A stretch of DNA of 64,000 nt from an uncultured Nitrospiraceae bacterium (GTDB taxonomy: Bacteria > Nitrospirota > Nitrospiria > Nitrospirales > Nitrospiraceae). Shown here piece by piece: positions 49,269-58,460 of the stretch. The stretch covers positions 1,120,001 through 1,184,000 of the forward strand of contig CAWJWJ010000001.1 of assembly GCA_963846575.1 (NCBI GenBank), in the 5' to 3' direction. Position 1 is the stretch's first letter, and every line of letters begins with the position of its first letter. A program made the translations under genes and the position numbers. Below the pieces are notes generated by a model. That model ran no database searches and was not told where the DNA came from. It saw only the letters and a program-made list of their open reading frames with translations.

Positions 49269-49786
49269 ACGACCGCCAGTTTGCCGGCGACGCCGAGCGC
49301 CAATCTGGACAACTGGGCCGCGGCCTTGATGACGGCGGCCCGTTTCTTCCGGGAAGCCCCATCGAGCACGGCCCTGCTCAAGAGATCTTTACACACGGTG
49401 ATGTCGTCGGCTTCAAAGGGAACGATGCGGGCTATCGTGTCGTTGTTGAAGGTATTGGCCAGTTGTACATAGAGATTGGAGATTTCTGCTGCGTAGATCC
49501 CTCGCCGCAGAGGGTCGTTCTTATAGGTTTCAAACTTCTTCCGCAGAGCGGCTACGGCATCCAGCAATGCCGTTTGACGAACTTTGGTCTCATCCTGACG
49601 GCAGACCGCGAATTCTACGGTCCCTAACTGATCGACCAGGCTTTGTGCTTCGTCCCGCGCATGGTCCACACGCGTAGCCAGTTGTTCGATATCAGTGGCG
49701 GCGCTTTCGGCTGTCTCCATCAGTTGCTTGATCAAACTGTCATTGTTTTGGAGATAGGTGACCACTCCCTCGATGCTGCGGTTCAT
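49265..49786 (-). CDS. Hypothetical alpha-helical protein
   Basis: GGGAGG RBS, GTGA overlap with downstream gene, heptad-like composition. Confidence 0.65.
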   Translation of the reverse strand: MNRSIEGVVTYLQNNDSLIKQLMETAESAATDIEQLATRVDHARDEAQSLVDQLGTVEFAVCRQDETKVRQTALLDAVAALRKKFETYKNDPLRRGIYAAEISNLYVQLANTFNNDTIARIVPFEADDITVCKDLLSRAVLDGASRKKRAAVIKAAAQLSRLALGVAGKLAVV

Positions 49787-49797
49787 AGAGGCCTCCC

Positions 49798-50505
49798 TTA
49801 CTGCCCCTCGTCCTTCTTCAGGCGGTCGAGGAGTTCCACCAGGTCGGCGGTGAAGTTCTGTGCCCGCGCCAATCCGCCGACCCGCAGGATACGCGCGCCG
49901 ACGATTTCCTCCAGCGCGTCATTCACCGTGCGTGAGCGATTCAAGACTCCCATGATCTGCTCGGATCGGCCGGGAGCGTGATCCAGGATTGCGCCGACGA
50001 ATTCAGGATCGACGGATGCCAGAGCCGACTGTCTCGCGAAGCGCGTGAGTTGAGCATGGAGGGTCGCCGTCTGCTTCCATGAGTCGTTGAGGGCATTGGC
50101 CGTATCCCGGAGACCGCAGAAATCCTCTTCAAATTGGTCCCAGACTGCCTTCTCCAGTCCCTGTGCATCGGCCATATACATGAGGCTCACGAGATAGGCC
50201 GCGGCATAGGCGGACTCGCCCTTTTTGTTGGTCACGTTCCGGAACGACTCCATAACAAAGCGGTGTTTGGTTTCGAGGGTCTGAAGCGATTTGAAGCTCT
50301 CATGCAGGGAACTGCGGGCATCCTCCAGGAATTTGATTCGGGCTTCTGTCTCTTTCTGGAACAGATCGATGTTGGTCTGCGCGGCATCGATCTTTATGCC
50401 CTCCAACTGGATGAGATCCCGCACGGAGCTGCTGTGGATGGAATGGCAGCCGGTTGCAGCGAGGAGTACCAGAACCATGAATATCGGCGTACGGAGCCGA
50501 ATCAT
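49798..50505 (-). CDS. Hypothetical alpha-helical lipoprotein
   Basis: AAGGAG RBS before 50505, lipobox AATGC. Confidence 0.7.
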   Translation of the reverse strand: MIRLRTPIFMVLVLLAATGCHSIHSSSVRDLIQLEGIKIDAAQTNIDLFQKETEARIKFLEDARSSLHESFKSLQTLETKHRFVMESFRNVTNKKGESAYAAAYLVSLMYMADAQGLEKAVWDQFEEDFCGLRDTANALNDSWKQTATLHAQLTRFARQSALASVDPEFVGAILDHAPGRSEQIMGVLNRSRTVNDALEEIVGARILRVGGLARAQNFTADLVELLDRLKKDEGQ

Positions 50506-50537
50506 GGCCCGCTCCTTCTTCCCGCCGTCCGGCCCGG

Positions 50538-51170
50538 TCATCGGCGCACCTGACGTACCGCATCGGCCAGCGCCTGGGTTTCGGACCGACTGACCGTGAC
50601 ATCAATGTCCAGGTATTGCTTGATGATGGCATTAATCCGGCGAAGGGCTTCGACATTCGTCCGGTACTGATCGAACGCGGTGAGGTCCAGGGTGGAAGTC
50701 GCCTGCGAGTCCGCCGCGACGCGCTGTTCGACGCGTGCAATAAGCTCGGGGAGCTGCTGCACTAGATTGCTCATGTCACCCGAGCCGGCCGAAAAGACCG
50801 GTTGCCCGTTCGGCCCCTTGCGCTCCGGAAGGGAATTCAGACGGATCTGATTCACCACTGCAATGATCTCCGGGCCCAGAAGTGCGGCATCGTCTTCAGT
50901 GATGGCCCCATCCGGAACGCCCGTCAACGTGGGATTGGTCGTCGCCCACTGCAGCGCGAGATTGAGCTTGAGGCGGGTTTGAATGAAGCGATACCACTGG
51001 ACATGTCGGGTGGTGATGTTGCTCACGAGTTCACGGTACTGCTGCATGAGCCTCTGGTGTTCGACATATGCCTGGTCCTTCGCGGCGAGCGCCTGTTTTA
51101 TTTCAGGCGGCGTCGTGCAGGCAGCAAGTAGGGCACACATCACCCAGCTACATAGGCGCGACATTCTCAT
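50538..51170 (-). CDS. Hypothetical alpha-helical lipoprotein
   Basis: GGAGG RBS before 51170, lipobox LAAC. Confidence 0.7.
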   Translation of the reverse strand: MRMSRLCSWVMCALLAACTTPPEIKQALAAKDQAYVEHQRLMQQYRELVSNITTRHVQWYRFIQTRLKLNLALQWATTNPTLTGVPDGAITEDDAALLGPEIIAVVNQIRLNSLPERKGPNGQPVFSAGSGDMSNLVQQLPELIARVEQRVAADSQATSTLDLTAFDQYRTNVEALRRINAIIKQYLDIDVTVSRSETQALADAVRQVRR

Positions 51171-51416
51171 CGGGACGCCTCCCCGTACAAAATCCCGGCG
51201 CAAGACCGCAGTTGGAATAGGCAAACTACATACCTCACCGGGATGAATGAATTGTTGGCCGGAGTATGCGTGGATTGCCTGAGCTACAAGGGAAAATCCG
51301 AACATGTCGCAGATTGCTACATTTTAGGACTTTCGAAATTCTGTACTCATTCAGATACGGCTGTATCGAAGCCAATACAGTGGGGAATACCGGGCTGGAG
51401 ATTGCCTGTAGTTGCC

Positions 51417-53225
51417 CTAGGAAGCCGTGAGGGCTTTGCGGAGGGCGGCGACGGTGGACAGATCGATGCCGGCTGATCGCAACTGCTCGTCGGTGGCCTC
51501 CGCAATTCGTTCGAGGCTGCCGAATTCTCTGAGGAGCCGTTTCCGGCGGATCTCGCCAATGCCTGCGATGAGATCCAGTTCTGACGCGAGCAAGGCCTTG
51601 CCTCTCAGCTTCCGATGGTACGTCACCGCAAATCGATGGGCTTCATCCCGAATGCGTTGGACGAGATGAGTCGCGGGCGAGGTGGGTCTGAGGACGATCG
51701 GATTTTTCCGTCCCGGCAGAAAAATACGCTCCTCCTTTTCGCCGCGGGCCTTGGCCAGGCCGATGATCGGAATCTGTTCCTGTCCGACCTGCTTGAGGCC
51801 TTCGAGCGCGGCGCTCAGCTGTCCCAATCCTCCGTCGATGAGAATCAAATCCGGACGAGCGAGGTCCTCAGTCATGCCGTAGCGGCGCATGACGGCCTCC
51901 TGCATGCTCGCAAAATCATTGGCGCCTTCGACTGTCTTGATGCGGAACTTCCGGTAGTCGGATTTCTTGGCCTGACCATCTTCCCACACGACCAGTGAGG
52001 CGACCGATTGGTTGCCCATGATATTCGAGATGTCGAATCCTTCGATGCGATGCGGCGGCTTGTCGAGCCGTAACAGGCGTTTCAATTCCGCCGTGGCCTG
52101 CCGGTCCAATGCTTCATTTCGAAGGTGGTCGGCAATCGCGGCCCCGGCGTTTTCTTCCGCCAGCCGCACCAGCTGATGTTTGGCGCCACGCTCGGGTGAC
52201 ATCAGTCGAACGGTCTCGCCCCGCTTGTCGCTCAGCCACTGCTCGATCAACGGGGCGTCGTCGAGTTCGGTCGGTACCAGGAGTTCCTTCGGTGGCTGTC
52301 CTTCCTTGTTGTAGAACTGTTCGATGGCGGAGCGGACCAGCTCCTCGTCGCTGGCCTCGCCGGATTGGGCCCAGAAGAAATCCTTTCGTCCGATCAGCAG
52401 GCCTCCGCGCACGAACAGCAGTTGGATGTCGGCTGCGGTTCCCTGCCTGGCCAGCCCCACGACATCCTGATCGCAAGCGCTGATCTGGGTGATCCGTTGT
52501 TTCTCCAACGTGCGCTCCACGTTGAACAGCCGGTCCCGGAGCCGGGCTGCCTCTTCGAACTGCTCCAGTTCGGCCGCCCGCTCCATTTCATCCCGCAGGC
52601 TGTCCAGGAGTTCCCGGTCCCGTCCTTCGAGAAACTGGCGGACCTGTTTGACGATGAGATGATAGTCTTCCCGGGACTGATTACCGATGCAGGGCGCCAT
52701 GCATCGTTTGATCTCGAATTCGATGCAGGCGCGGTCTGCCTTGCCGTTGATGTCGATTTCGCACGTGGCCAGCGGAAACACCTTCCGGATGACCTTCAGC
52801 GTTTCGCGCAACGCGCCTGCCGGAGTATAGGGACCGTAATAGAGCGCACCGTCCTTCTGGACGCGCCGCACGATTGAAAGCCGCGGAAAGTCCTCTTTGA
52901 CGGGCAGGCGCAGGTAGGGATACTGCTTGTCGTCCCGGAGGACGATATTGAATCGGGGGCGATGCCGCTTGATGAGGTTGCTTTCGAGGATCAGCGCTTC
53001 CAGCACGGAGCGGGTGACGATGGTTTCCAGGTCGGTAATCTCGCTGACGAGCAGGGAGGTTTTGGGGGATGGATCGCTGCCCTTTTGAAAATAGGAACGC
53101 ACCCGGTCCGCCAGGACGGCGGCCTTTCCGACGTACAGGATCTCTTTCTTCCCGTTCTTAAAGAGATAACAGCCGGGTTGTTCGGGCAGGTGCGCGAGTT
53201 TGGACTGCAGGAGCTCGGTTGTCAT
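51417..53225 (-). CDS. uvrC: Excinuclease ABC subunit C
   Basis: GIY-YIG (PGCY..YVGKA), FEEAARLRD, IEGFDIS, DGGLGQ, RDEAHRFA, HhH. Confidence 0.97.
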   Translation of the reverse strand: MTTELLQSKLAHLPEQPGCYLFKNGKKEILYVGKAAVLADRVRSYFQKGSDPSPKTSLLVSEITDLETIVTRSVLEALILESNLIKRHRPRFNIVLRDDKQYPYLRLPVKEDFPRLSIVRRVQKDGALYYGPYTPAGALRETLKVIRKVFPLATCEIDINGKADRACIEFEIKRCMAPCIGNQSREDYHLIVKQVRQFLEGRDRELLDSLRDEMERAAELEQFEEAARLRDRLFNVERTLEKQRITQISACDQDVVGLARQGTAADIQLLFVRGGLLIGRKDFFWAQSGEASDEELVRSAIEQFYNKEGQPPKELLVPTELDDAPLIEQWLSDKRGETVRLMSPERGAKHQLVRLAEENAGAAIADHLRNEALDRQATAELKRLLRLDKPPHRIEGFDISNIMGNQSVASLVVWEDGQAKKSDYRKFRIKTVEGANDFASMQEAVMRRYGMTEDLARPDLILIDGGLGQLSAALEGLKQVGQEQIPIIGLAKARGEKEERIFLPGRKNPIVLRPTSPATHLVQRIRDEAHRFAVTYHRKLRGKALLASELDLIAGIGEIRRKRLLREFGSLERIAEATDEQLRSAGIDLSTVAALRKALTAS

Positions 53226-53395
53226 AGGTGAACCATCCTCCCGCAGAATACCAAGAAACCGGCATGCTGAAACAGTCTGTCAGGGTGGCTGCTGCCCTGC
53301 CGAAATCCGGCTCTGCCTCTGGAGCAGGGTCCGCGCCCTGCGGTCGTCCGTGACACCGCTGTGTTCAGCGGCGCGATCGATGGCGGCGGGCCTGC

Positions 53396-54265
53396 TTAAC
53401 GCAGCGTGCGCACAAAGGAGGGGCTGAGGGCGCCTCGGGCAACTTCCGCCACTGGTCCTTTCATGGTCAGGTGGAAATCCCCGGCGACGTCGATGTTGAG
53501 CGTTCCGCCCGGCATCCTGACCGTGACGGGGCTCTTGACCAGGCCTAACCGGACCGCGGCGCTGGCCGCGGCGCAGGAGGAGGAACCGGAGGCTTGCGTT
53601 TCTCCGGCCCCCCGCTCCCAGATGAGAATACAGATCTCCTTGGGGCCGGTCGGCACCGCGAGCTGGACATTGGTGCGTTTTGGAAATGCCGGGTGGTTCT
53701 CCAGCACAGGGCCGAGCGCCAGAAGGTCCTCCCTGGTCCAGGCATCTCCGGCCTTCTTGAAGACCACGCAATGGGGATTGCCGACGCTGACCCCGGTGAA
53801 TTCGAGCGGTCTCCCTGCCGCCTCGATGGGGACTTGGATCAATTCGTTGCCGGAAATGGTGCAGGGAAGGGCTGCGGGGACGAACGACGCCTGACCCATT
53901 TCGACGGTGGCGGCGGCGGCGTCACCGTGACGGTCGAGATGGAGGGTGATGGAGACCTGGCCGCCCTTCGTTTCGACGGTAAACTGTGTTCTCTTGGTCT
54001 TCCCCGTTGCATGCAGGTAACGGGAGAAAATCCGCAATCCATTGCCGGACTTTTCGGCCTCACTCCCATCGGGGTTGAAGATCCGCAGGCCGAAGTCGGC
54101 TTTCTTCGAGGGGACGAGTGCCAGGATGCCGTCACTGCCCAGACCCCAGTGACGATCGCAAATGCCACGAATTTTTCCGGGGGTGAGCTTAAAGGTCAGC
54201 TCTGCGGGGTCCATGACAAGGTAGTCATTGCCGAGTCCGTGGCCGCGAAAAAACCCGTTCTTCAT
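53396..54265 (-). CDS. dapF: Diaminopimelate epimerase-like protein (both catalytic Cys replaced by Ser)
   Basis: HGLGNDY, GLGSDG, FNPDGSEAEKSGNG, GNPH, WERGAGETQASG; AAGGAG RBS before 54265. Confidence 0.8.
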   Translation of the reverse strand: MKNGFFRGHGLGNDYLVMDPAELTFKLTPGKIRGICDRHWGLGSDGILALVPSKKADFGLRIFNPDGSEAEKSGNGLRIFSRYLHATGKTKRTQFTVETKGGQVSITLHLDRHGDAAAATVEMGQASFVPAALPCTISGNELIQVPIEAAGRPLEFTGVSVGNPHCVVFKKAGDAWTREDLLALGPVLENHPAFPKRTNVQLAVPTGPKEICILIWERGAGETQASGSSSCAAASAAVRLGLVKSPVTVRMPGGTLNIDVAGDFHLTMKGPVAEVARGALSPSFVRTLR

Positions 54266-54375
54266 GCCTGGTCTCCTTGAGCGAATCGTGAAAGGTTGTT
54301 GGCCGTGCGTGCGAAGCAGCACAAGGTACAGCGGCGCTTCCTGTATCGTCAATGGGGAGCGGGAGGGGACAGGGC

Positions 54376-54774
54376 TTAGACGAGCGCTGTGCCGGGCGGG
54401 CGTTCGATGAGCTCCACCTCATAGCCGTCCGGTGCGTCGATGAAGATGAAGCGGCTGCCCGATGACGACCGCGTGGGGCCGTCGGTGATGGGGACACCTT
54501 TGGCCTTGAGGGCGTCGACCGTGTGGTCCAGGTTCTCGACCTCGAAGGCAAGATGCACCAGATCTTCCTGTACGGTGACCGGTCCACTGGCGGGAAAACT
54601 GCACAGTTCGATCAGTTCTTCGCTGTTGGGTACCTTGAGGAATGCCAGATGCGAACCGCGTGGTGACACTTTCCGCTCCATGACTTCCAGCCCCAATACA
54701 TCCTGATAGAACCGGATGGTCTGCTCCATATCGCTGACCCGCATGCGGGTGTGGAGGAGTTTGCGAACTTTCAT
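54376..54774 (-). CDS. VOC-family protein, lactoylglutathione lyase-like
   Basis: LLHTRMRV, FYQDVLG, HLAFEV, PDGYEVELIE. Confidence 0.85.
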   Translation of the reverse strand: MKVRKLLHTRMRVSDMEQTIRFYQDVLGLEVMERKVSPRGSHLAFLKVPNSEELIELCSFPASGPVTVQEDLVHLAFEVENLDHTVDALKAKGVPITDGPTRSSSGSRFIFIDAPDGYEVELIERPPGTALV

Positions 54775-54967
54775 GGTCGTTCCCCTTGTCGGATGCTGAG
54801 AATATCGTAGGCTGCGTGCTCAGTCGATCGAACCCCTCAAGGTCACTGCCCGGCACGTTGGGGGTATCCGCCGCTTGTTTCCCCGATCGGGAATGGCGTG
54901 AGCACTCTGTATACTGGTTCGTAGGTCGCCATCCCAGTCAACGGGTGCAGGCGTTCGATCAATTCAC

Positions 54968-55456
54968 TCACTCTTTTGCCGGCCCGGCCGTCTTACGGAG
55001 CAGAATCTCGGCATACCCCGGAATCAGAAAATTCGGCATGGGACCGATTTCCTTGTAGCCCTGCTTGCGGTAGAAGGCGCGTGCGCCGTCGTTGAAGTCC
55101 GAGACGCAGGCGAACAGGTTTTTAGCCTCTGCAAAGGTGAGCGATTCGATATAGGCGAGCAGCCGTTTCCCGTGCCCCTGGCCCGTGACAGCAGGGGCGA
55201 TCCCGAGTAATTCCAGATAGTCGCCGAACAGGAACTTTTTTCGCACGATCGCGATTCCTGCCGCCGCTCCCTCGACCTCCAGGACGAACGTGTCCCTCCC
55301 TTGCGGCATCGGTGCGAAAATCCTGTCCCAATCGCTGGCAGTGAACCCGAGCCGTTTCCAGGGGTCGGAGTCGGCCAGGATCCGGATCACGGCATCCCGA
55401 TCCTCCGGCCGCATGGGGCGGATTATGGCGTGACCGGGGCTGTGGTTTGGTTGCAT
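54968..55456 (-). CDS. GNAT N-acetyltransferase
   Basis: GQGHGKRLL, NDGARAFYRKQGY. Confidence 0.85.
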   Translation of the reverse strand: MQPNHSPGHAIIRPMRPEDRDAVIRILADSDPWKRLGFTASDWDRIFAPMPQGRDTFVLEVEGAAAGIAIVRKKFLFGDYLELLGIAPAVTGQGHGKRLLAYIESLTFAEAKNLFACVSDFNDGARAFYRKQGYKEIGPMPNFLIPGYAEILLRKTAGPAKE

Positions 55457-56145
55457 CGCAAGAGGTCCGACACGGTCATGGGGGTCAGGCCCTTTCCGGG
55501 GAGAAGGGATGAGGTCAGGGCCTCGGTCACTTCCCGAGTGTATTTCCCTTTGCCGTTGGCGTGCAAGACGATCACACTCCCCGGCTTCATTCGCTTTTGT
55601 ACACGGGTGAGGATCGCTTCGGCGCTGATTGCCGGGTCGGGATCTCCGGATTCAATATTCCACAAGATGAACCGCAGGCCCAGGTCCTTCACCGCTTCCA
55701 CCGTCTCGTCATTATATTCGCCATAGGGCGGCCGGAACAGGGTCGTCGAGCGGCCGTATGTCGCCTTGAGGGCTCGTACCGGTCCCATGATTTCCCGCCG
55801 TTGTTCTTCCATCTCGTGCATCGGCAGATGGGCATGGACCTCACCATGGGTCCCCACCTCGAAAAAGGGAACCGCCAGCAATGCTTTCACGTCGGCGTCA
55901 TGTTTGGCCATCCACCGGCCGGACATGAAAAATGTGGCCGGAATCTTATGCTCCACGAGGAAATCGATCAGTTCGCGGTCGAATCCGGAGGCCGTGCGCA
56001 CGGGACAGAGATCGTAGGTCAACGCCACCGCCGGACAGGAGGATGGACCGGCCTTGATCACCTGTCCCTCCGCAGGGTGGCCGGACGCCATCAGCGCTAA
56101 TGCGCAGATCGCCGACAGACCAACTCGCCGCTCTCGTTTTCTCAT
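55423..56145 (-). CDS. Exported polysaccharide deacetylase family protein
   Basis: Signal peptide, ALTYDLC, ATFF, HGEVH, FRPPYG, IVLH. Confidence 0.85.
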   Translation of the reverse strand: MRKRERRVGLSAICALALMASGHPAEGQVIKAGPSSCPAVALTYDLCPVRTASGFDRELIDFLVEHKIPATFFMSGRWMAKHDADVKALLAVPFFEVGTHGEVHAHLPMHEMEEQRREIMGPVRALKATYGRSTTLFRPPYGEYNDETVEAVKDLGLRFILWNIESGDPDPAISAEAILTRVQKRMKPGSVIVLHANGKGKYTREVTEALTSSLLPGKGLTPMTVSDLLRCNQTTAPVTP

Positions 56146-56218
56146 GGACAGGAGTATACCCGATGACAGGAAGCGGCGATAGTTGACGGTTTGTCGGGGT
56201 GGCTGCTACGGTAAAACC

Positions 56219-57391
56219 ATGCAGGGACCAGAGTGGAAAATCGGCCGAGTGTTCGGCATCCCGATTCATATTCACGCCTCGTGGCTCTTCGTGTTTTTCT
56301 TCGTCACCTGGTCGCTCGCCACGGGCTACCTGCCTGACATGCTGCCGGGGCTTTCGCAGCCGCGGTATTGGGGAATGGGCGGTGTGGCGGCGCTGCTCCT
56401 GTTCACCTCGGTGCTGCTGCACGAGCTGGGCCATTCCCTGGTCGCCCTTCGGTATCGTATTCCCATCGCTCAGATCACCCTCTTCATCTTCGGCGGTGTG
56501 GCACAGATGCGGAAGGAGCCGCCGCATCCGCGGGCGGAGTTCTTGATTGCCATTGCGGGCCCGATCGTCAGTTTCCTGCTGGCGGCGTTGTGTATCGGCC
56601 TGGTGGCGCTGCTCGAGTGGATGCCAGCGGGATCTTCCATGCAAGGCCTGATGACCCTCGGGGCGCTGCTCGGATTGGTCAATACGCAGTTGGGCCTCTT
56701 CAACCTGCTGCCGGGGTTTCCGCTGGATGGCGGCCGGGCCCTGCGGGCCGGTCTTTGGGCATGGAACAAGGACTTCTATCGCGCCACAAGCCAGGCAGCC
56801 TTGGTCGGATTGATGTTTGGAATCGGATTCGGTCTGTTCGGCGCCTTCCTGCTGGCCGGTTCACTCACCGGCGTCCTGTCGAGCGCCTTGGCAGGGAGCG
56901 GCGGCTGGATTATCCTGTTGGGCGCGTTTCTCTATTCGGCTGCGCGGGGAAGTCGAAAGCAGGCGGTCATCCGCGCGTCGTTGGCAGCGGTGCCTGTCCG
57001 TGAACTCATGGTCAAGAATGTCGTGGCCCTGTCCCCGGACATCACGCTGGCGGAGGCCGTCAATCAGTATTTCCTTCCCTACGGGTATGGAGGCTTCCCG
57101 GTCGTCGAGGGCGGCAGGCTTCTGGGAATTGTGGCCGTTCGCGACGTGCAGGCCGTGAACAATTCACTCTGGCCGTTTCGCCGCGTGGCCGATGTCATGC
57201 AGACTTCGCAGGATGAGATGGTCGTGTCCCCGGACGTGTCTGCCATAGAGGCGTTGGAAAGAATGATGTCCAGTGGAGCGGAACGGTTGATTGTGGTTCA
57301 AGGAGGGGAATTGCTCGGACTGCTGACGAGAGCCTCGATTGGCAATTTCATCGAGCAGCGTCATCCCTCAGGTATGCAGCGTGGCTCGTGA
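56219..57391 (+). CDS. Site-2 protease (M50) with two CBS domains
   Basis: HELGH, AGP, FNLLPGFPLDGG, C-terminal CBS pair. Confidence 0.92.
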   Translation: MQGPEWKIGRVFGIPIHIHASWLFVFFFVTWSLATGYLPDMLPGLSQPRYWGMGGVAALLLFTSVLLHELGHSLVALRYRIPIAQITLFIFGGVAQMRKEPPHPRAEFLIAIAGPIVSFLLAALCIGLVALLEWMPAGSSMQGLMTLGALLGLVNTQLGLFNLLPGFPLDGGRALRAGLWAWNKDFYRATSQAALVGLMFGIGFGLFGAFLLAGSLTGVLSSALAGSGGWIILLGAFLYSAARGSRKQAVIRASLAAVPVRELMVKNVVALSPDITLAEAVNQYFLPYGYGGFPVVEGGRLLGIVAVRDVQAVNNSLWPFRRVADVMQTSQDEMVVSPDVSAIEALERMMSSGAERLIVVQGGELLGLLTRASIGNFIEQRHPSGMQRGS

Positions 57392-57473
57392 GATCCAGGG
57401 GACGTTCATCGGATCGGACCGGCCGGGTGTACCGACATAAGGCGTCAGTGGAACAGGCCCTGGAGGGAGAGGC

Positions 57474-58325
57474 CTAGTCTCGTCGAACTTCTTCCGTGGA
57501 TGGCGAGGAAGGACCTCTGCCCTGACATTCGTGGGTCACGACCGCGCCCAGGAGGACGAGCGCCGAAGAATAATAGACCCAGAGCAGTAACATCACGACC
57601 TCCAGCAGGGATCCATACAGCTGGGTATACACCGCAGCGTCCTCCAGATACGTCACGAACAGAGCTTTCGCGGACACCCACAACAGACTGAACGTCAAGC
57701 CCCCGATGGTGGCCTCCTTCCAGGTGGGGCGCTGGTGCGGAAGGTATCGGTAGAGACAAGTGACGGATGCAAAGGCGAGGAGGAAGGGGAGGGAATAGGA
57801 CAGGAGGAAATCATGGGCGGTAATTGCGACGAGATCCCGTCCCCACAGGCGCGGCGCATAGGCCGTGAGGAGTTCGATGGCCTGGGTGGCGACGAATGAG
57901 ATGAGCGTCAAAAAGCCTAACATCCAGATCAGTGTGACGGCCACGAGCGTCGAAATGAGCGGGTGCCGCTTGGCCGCAGTGCCGAACACGGTGTTCATGG
58001 CATAGTCCAATTCATAGAACACCAGCGTGCTGAACCAGCCGAACGCGAGAAACACCGCCCACCGGACCTCATCCTGCTCCGCGACCCGTCGAATATCCCG
58101 GGCTAACCGTTCTCCCATGCTGGGAAGGAAGCCCTTCAAGAATCCCAACAGAAACTGATAACCGATTACGTCCTGGCTGACGACGAAGCTGATGCCGTAG
58201 AGCAGGAGGAACACCATGGGAAAAAGGGAGAGCAGGGAGTAGAAGGCCAGTGAGGCGGCCAGACTGGGGCAACCCCGTCGGCGAAAGGTGTTGAGGACGT
58301 TCGAGAGGAAAGTCAATCCGATCAT
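57474..58325 (-). CDS. YihY/BrkB family membrane protein
   Basis: AASLAFYSLLSLFP, YGSL..LLWVYYS. Confidence 0.88.
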   Translation of the reverse strand: MIGLTFLSNVLNTFRRRGCPSLAASLAFYSLLSLFPMVFLLLYGISFVVSQDVIGYQFLLGFLKGFLPSMGERLARDIRRVAEQDEVRWAVFLAFGWFSTLVFYELDYAMNTVFGTAAKRHPLISTLVAVTLIWMLGFLTLISFVATQAIELLTAYAPRLWGRDLVAITAHDFLLSYSLPFLLAFASVTCLYRYLPHQRPTWKEATIGGLTFSLLWVSAKALFVTYLEDAAVYTQLYGSLLEVVMLLLWVYYSSALVLLGAVVTHECQGRGPSSPSTEEVRRD

Positions 58326-58460
58326 GCACGGCCTCTGGTGATCAATGCCGACGGTGCGACGACTGTGGCCGAGTGTGGCCGGCCGCCAGATCCGGATTGT
58401 CGATGTGCCTCAGTCGCATGGGTGAGGTAGGCTGTATGGATCCTGCCCGACGCGCAGCCG

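Noticed and set aside
54908..54925. CTGTATACTGG as a LexA box upstream of the VOC-dapF-uvrC genes
   Set aside because: Lacks the ACAG half at CTGT-N8-ACAG spacing
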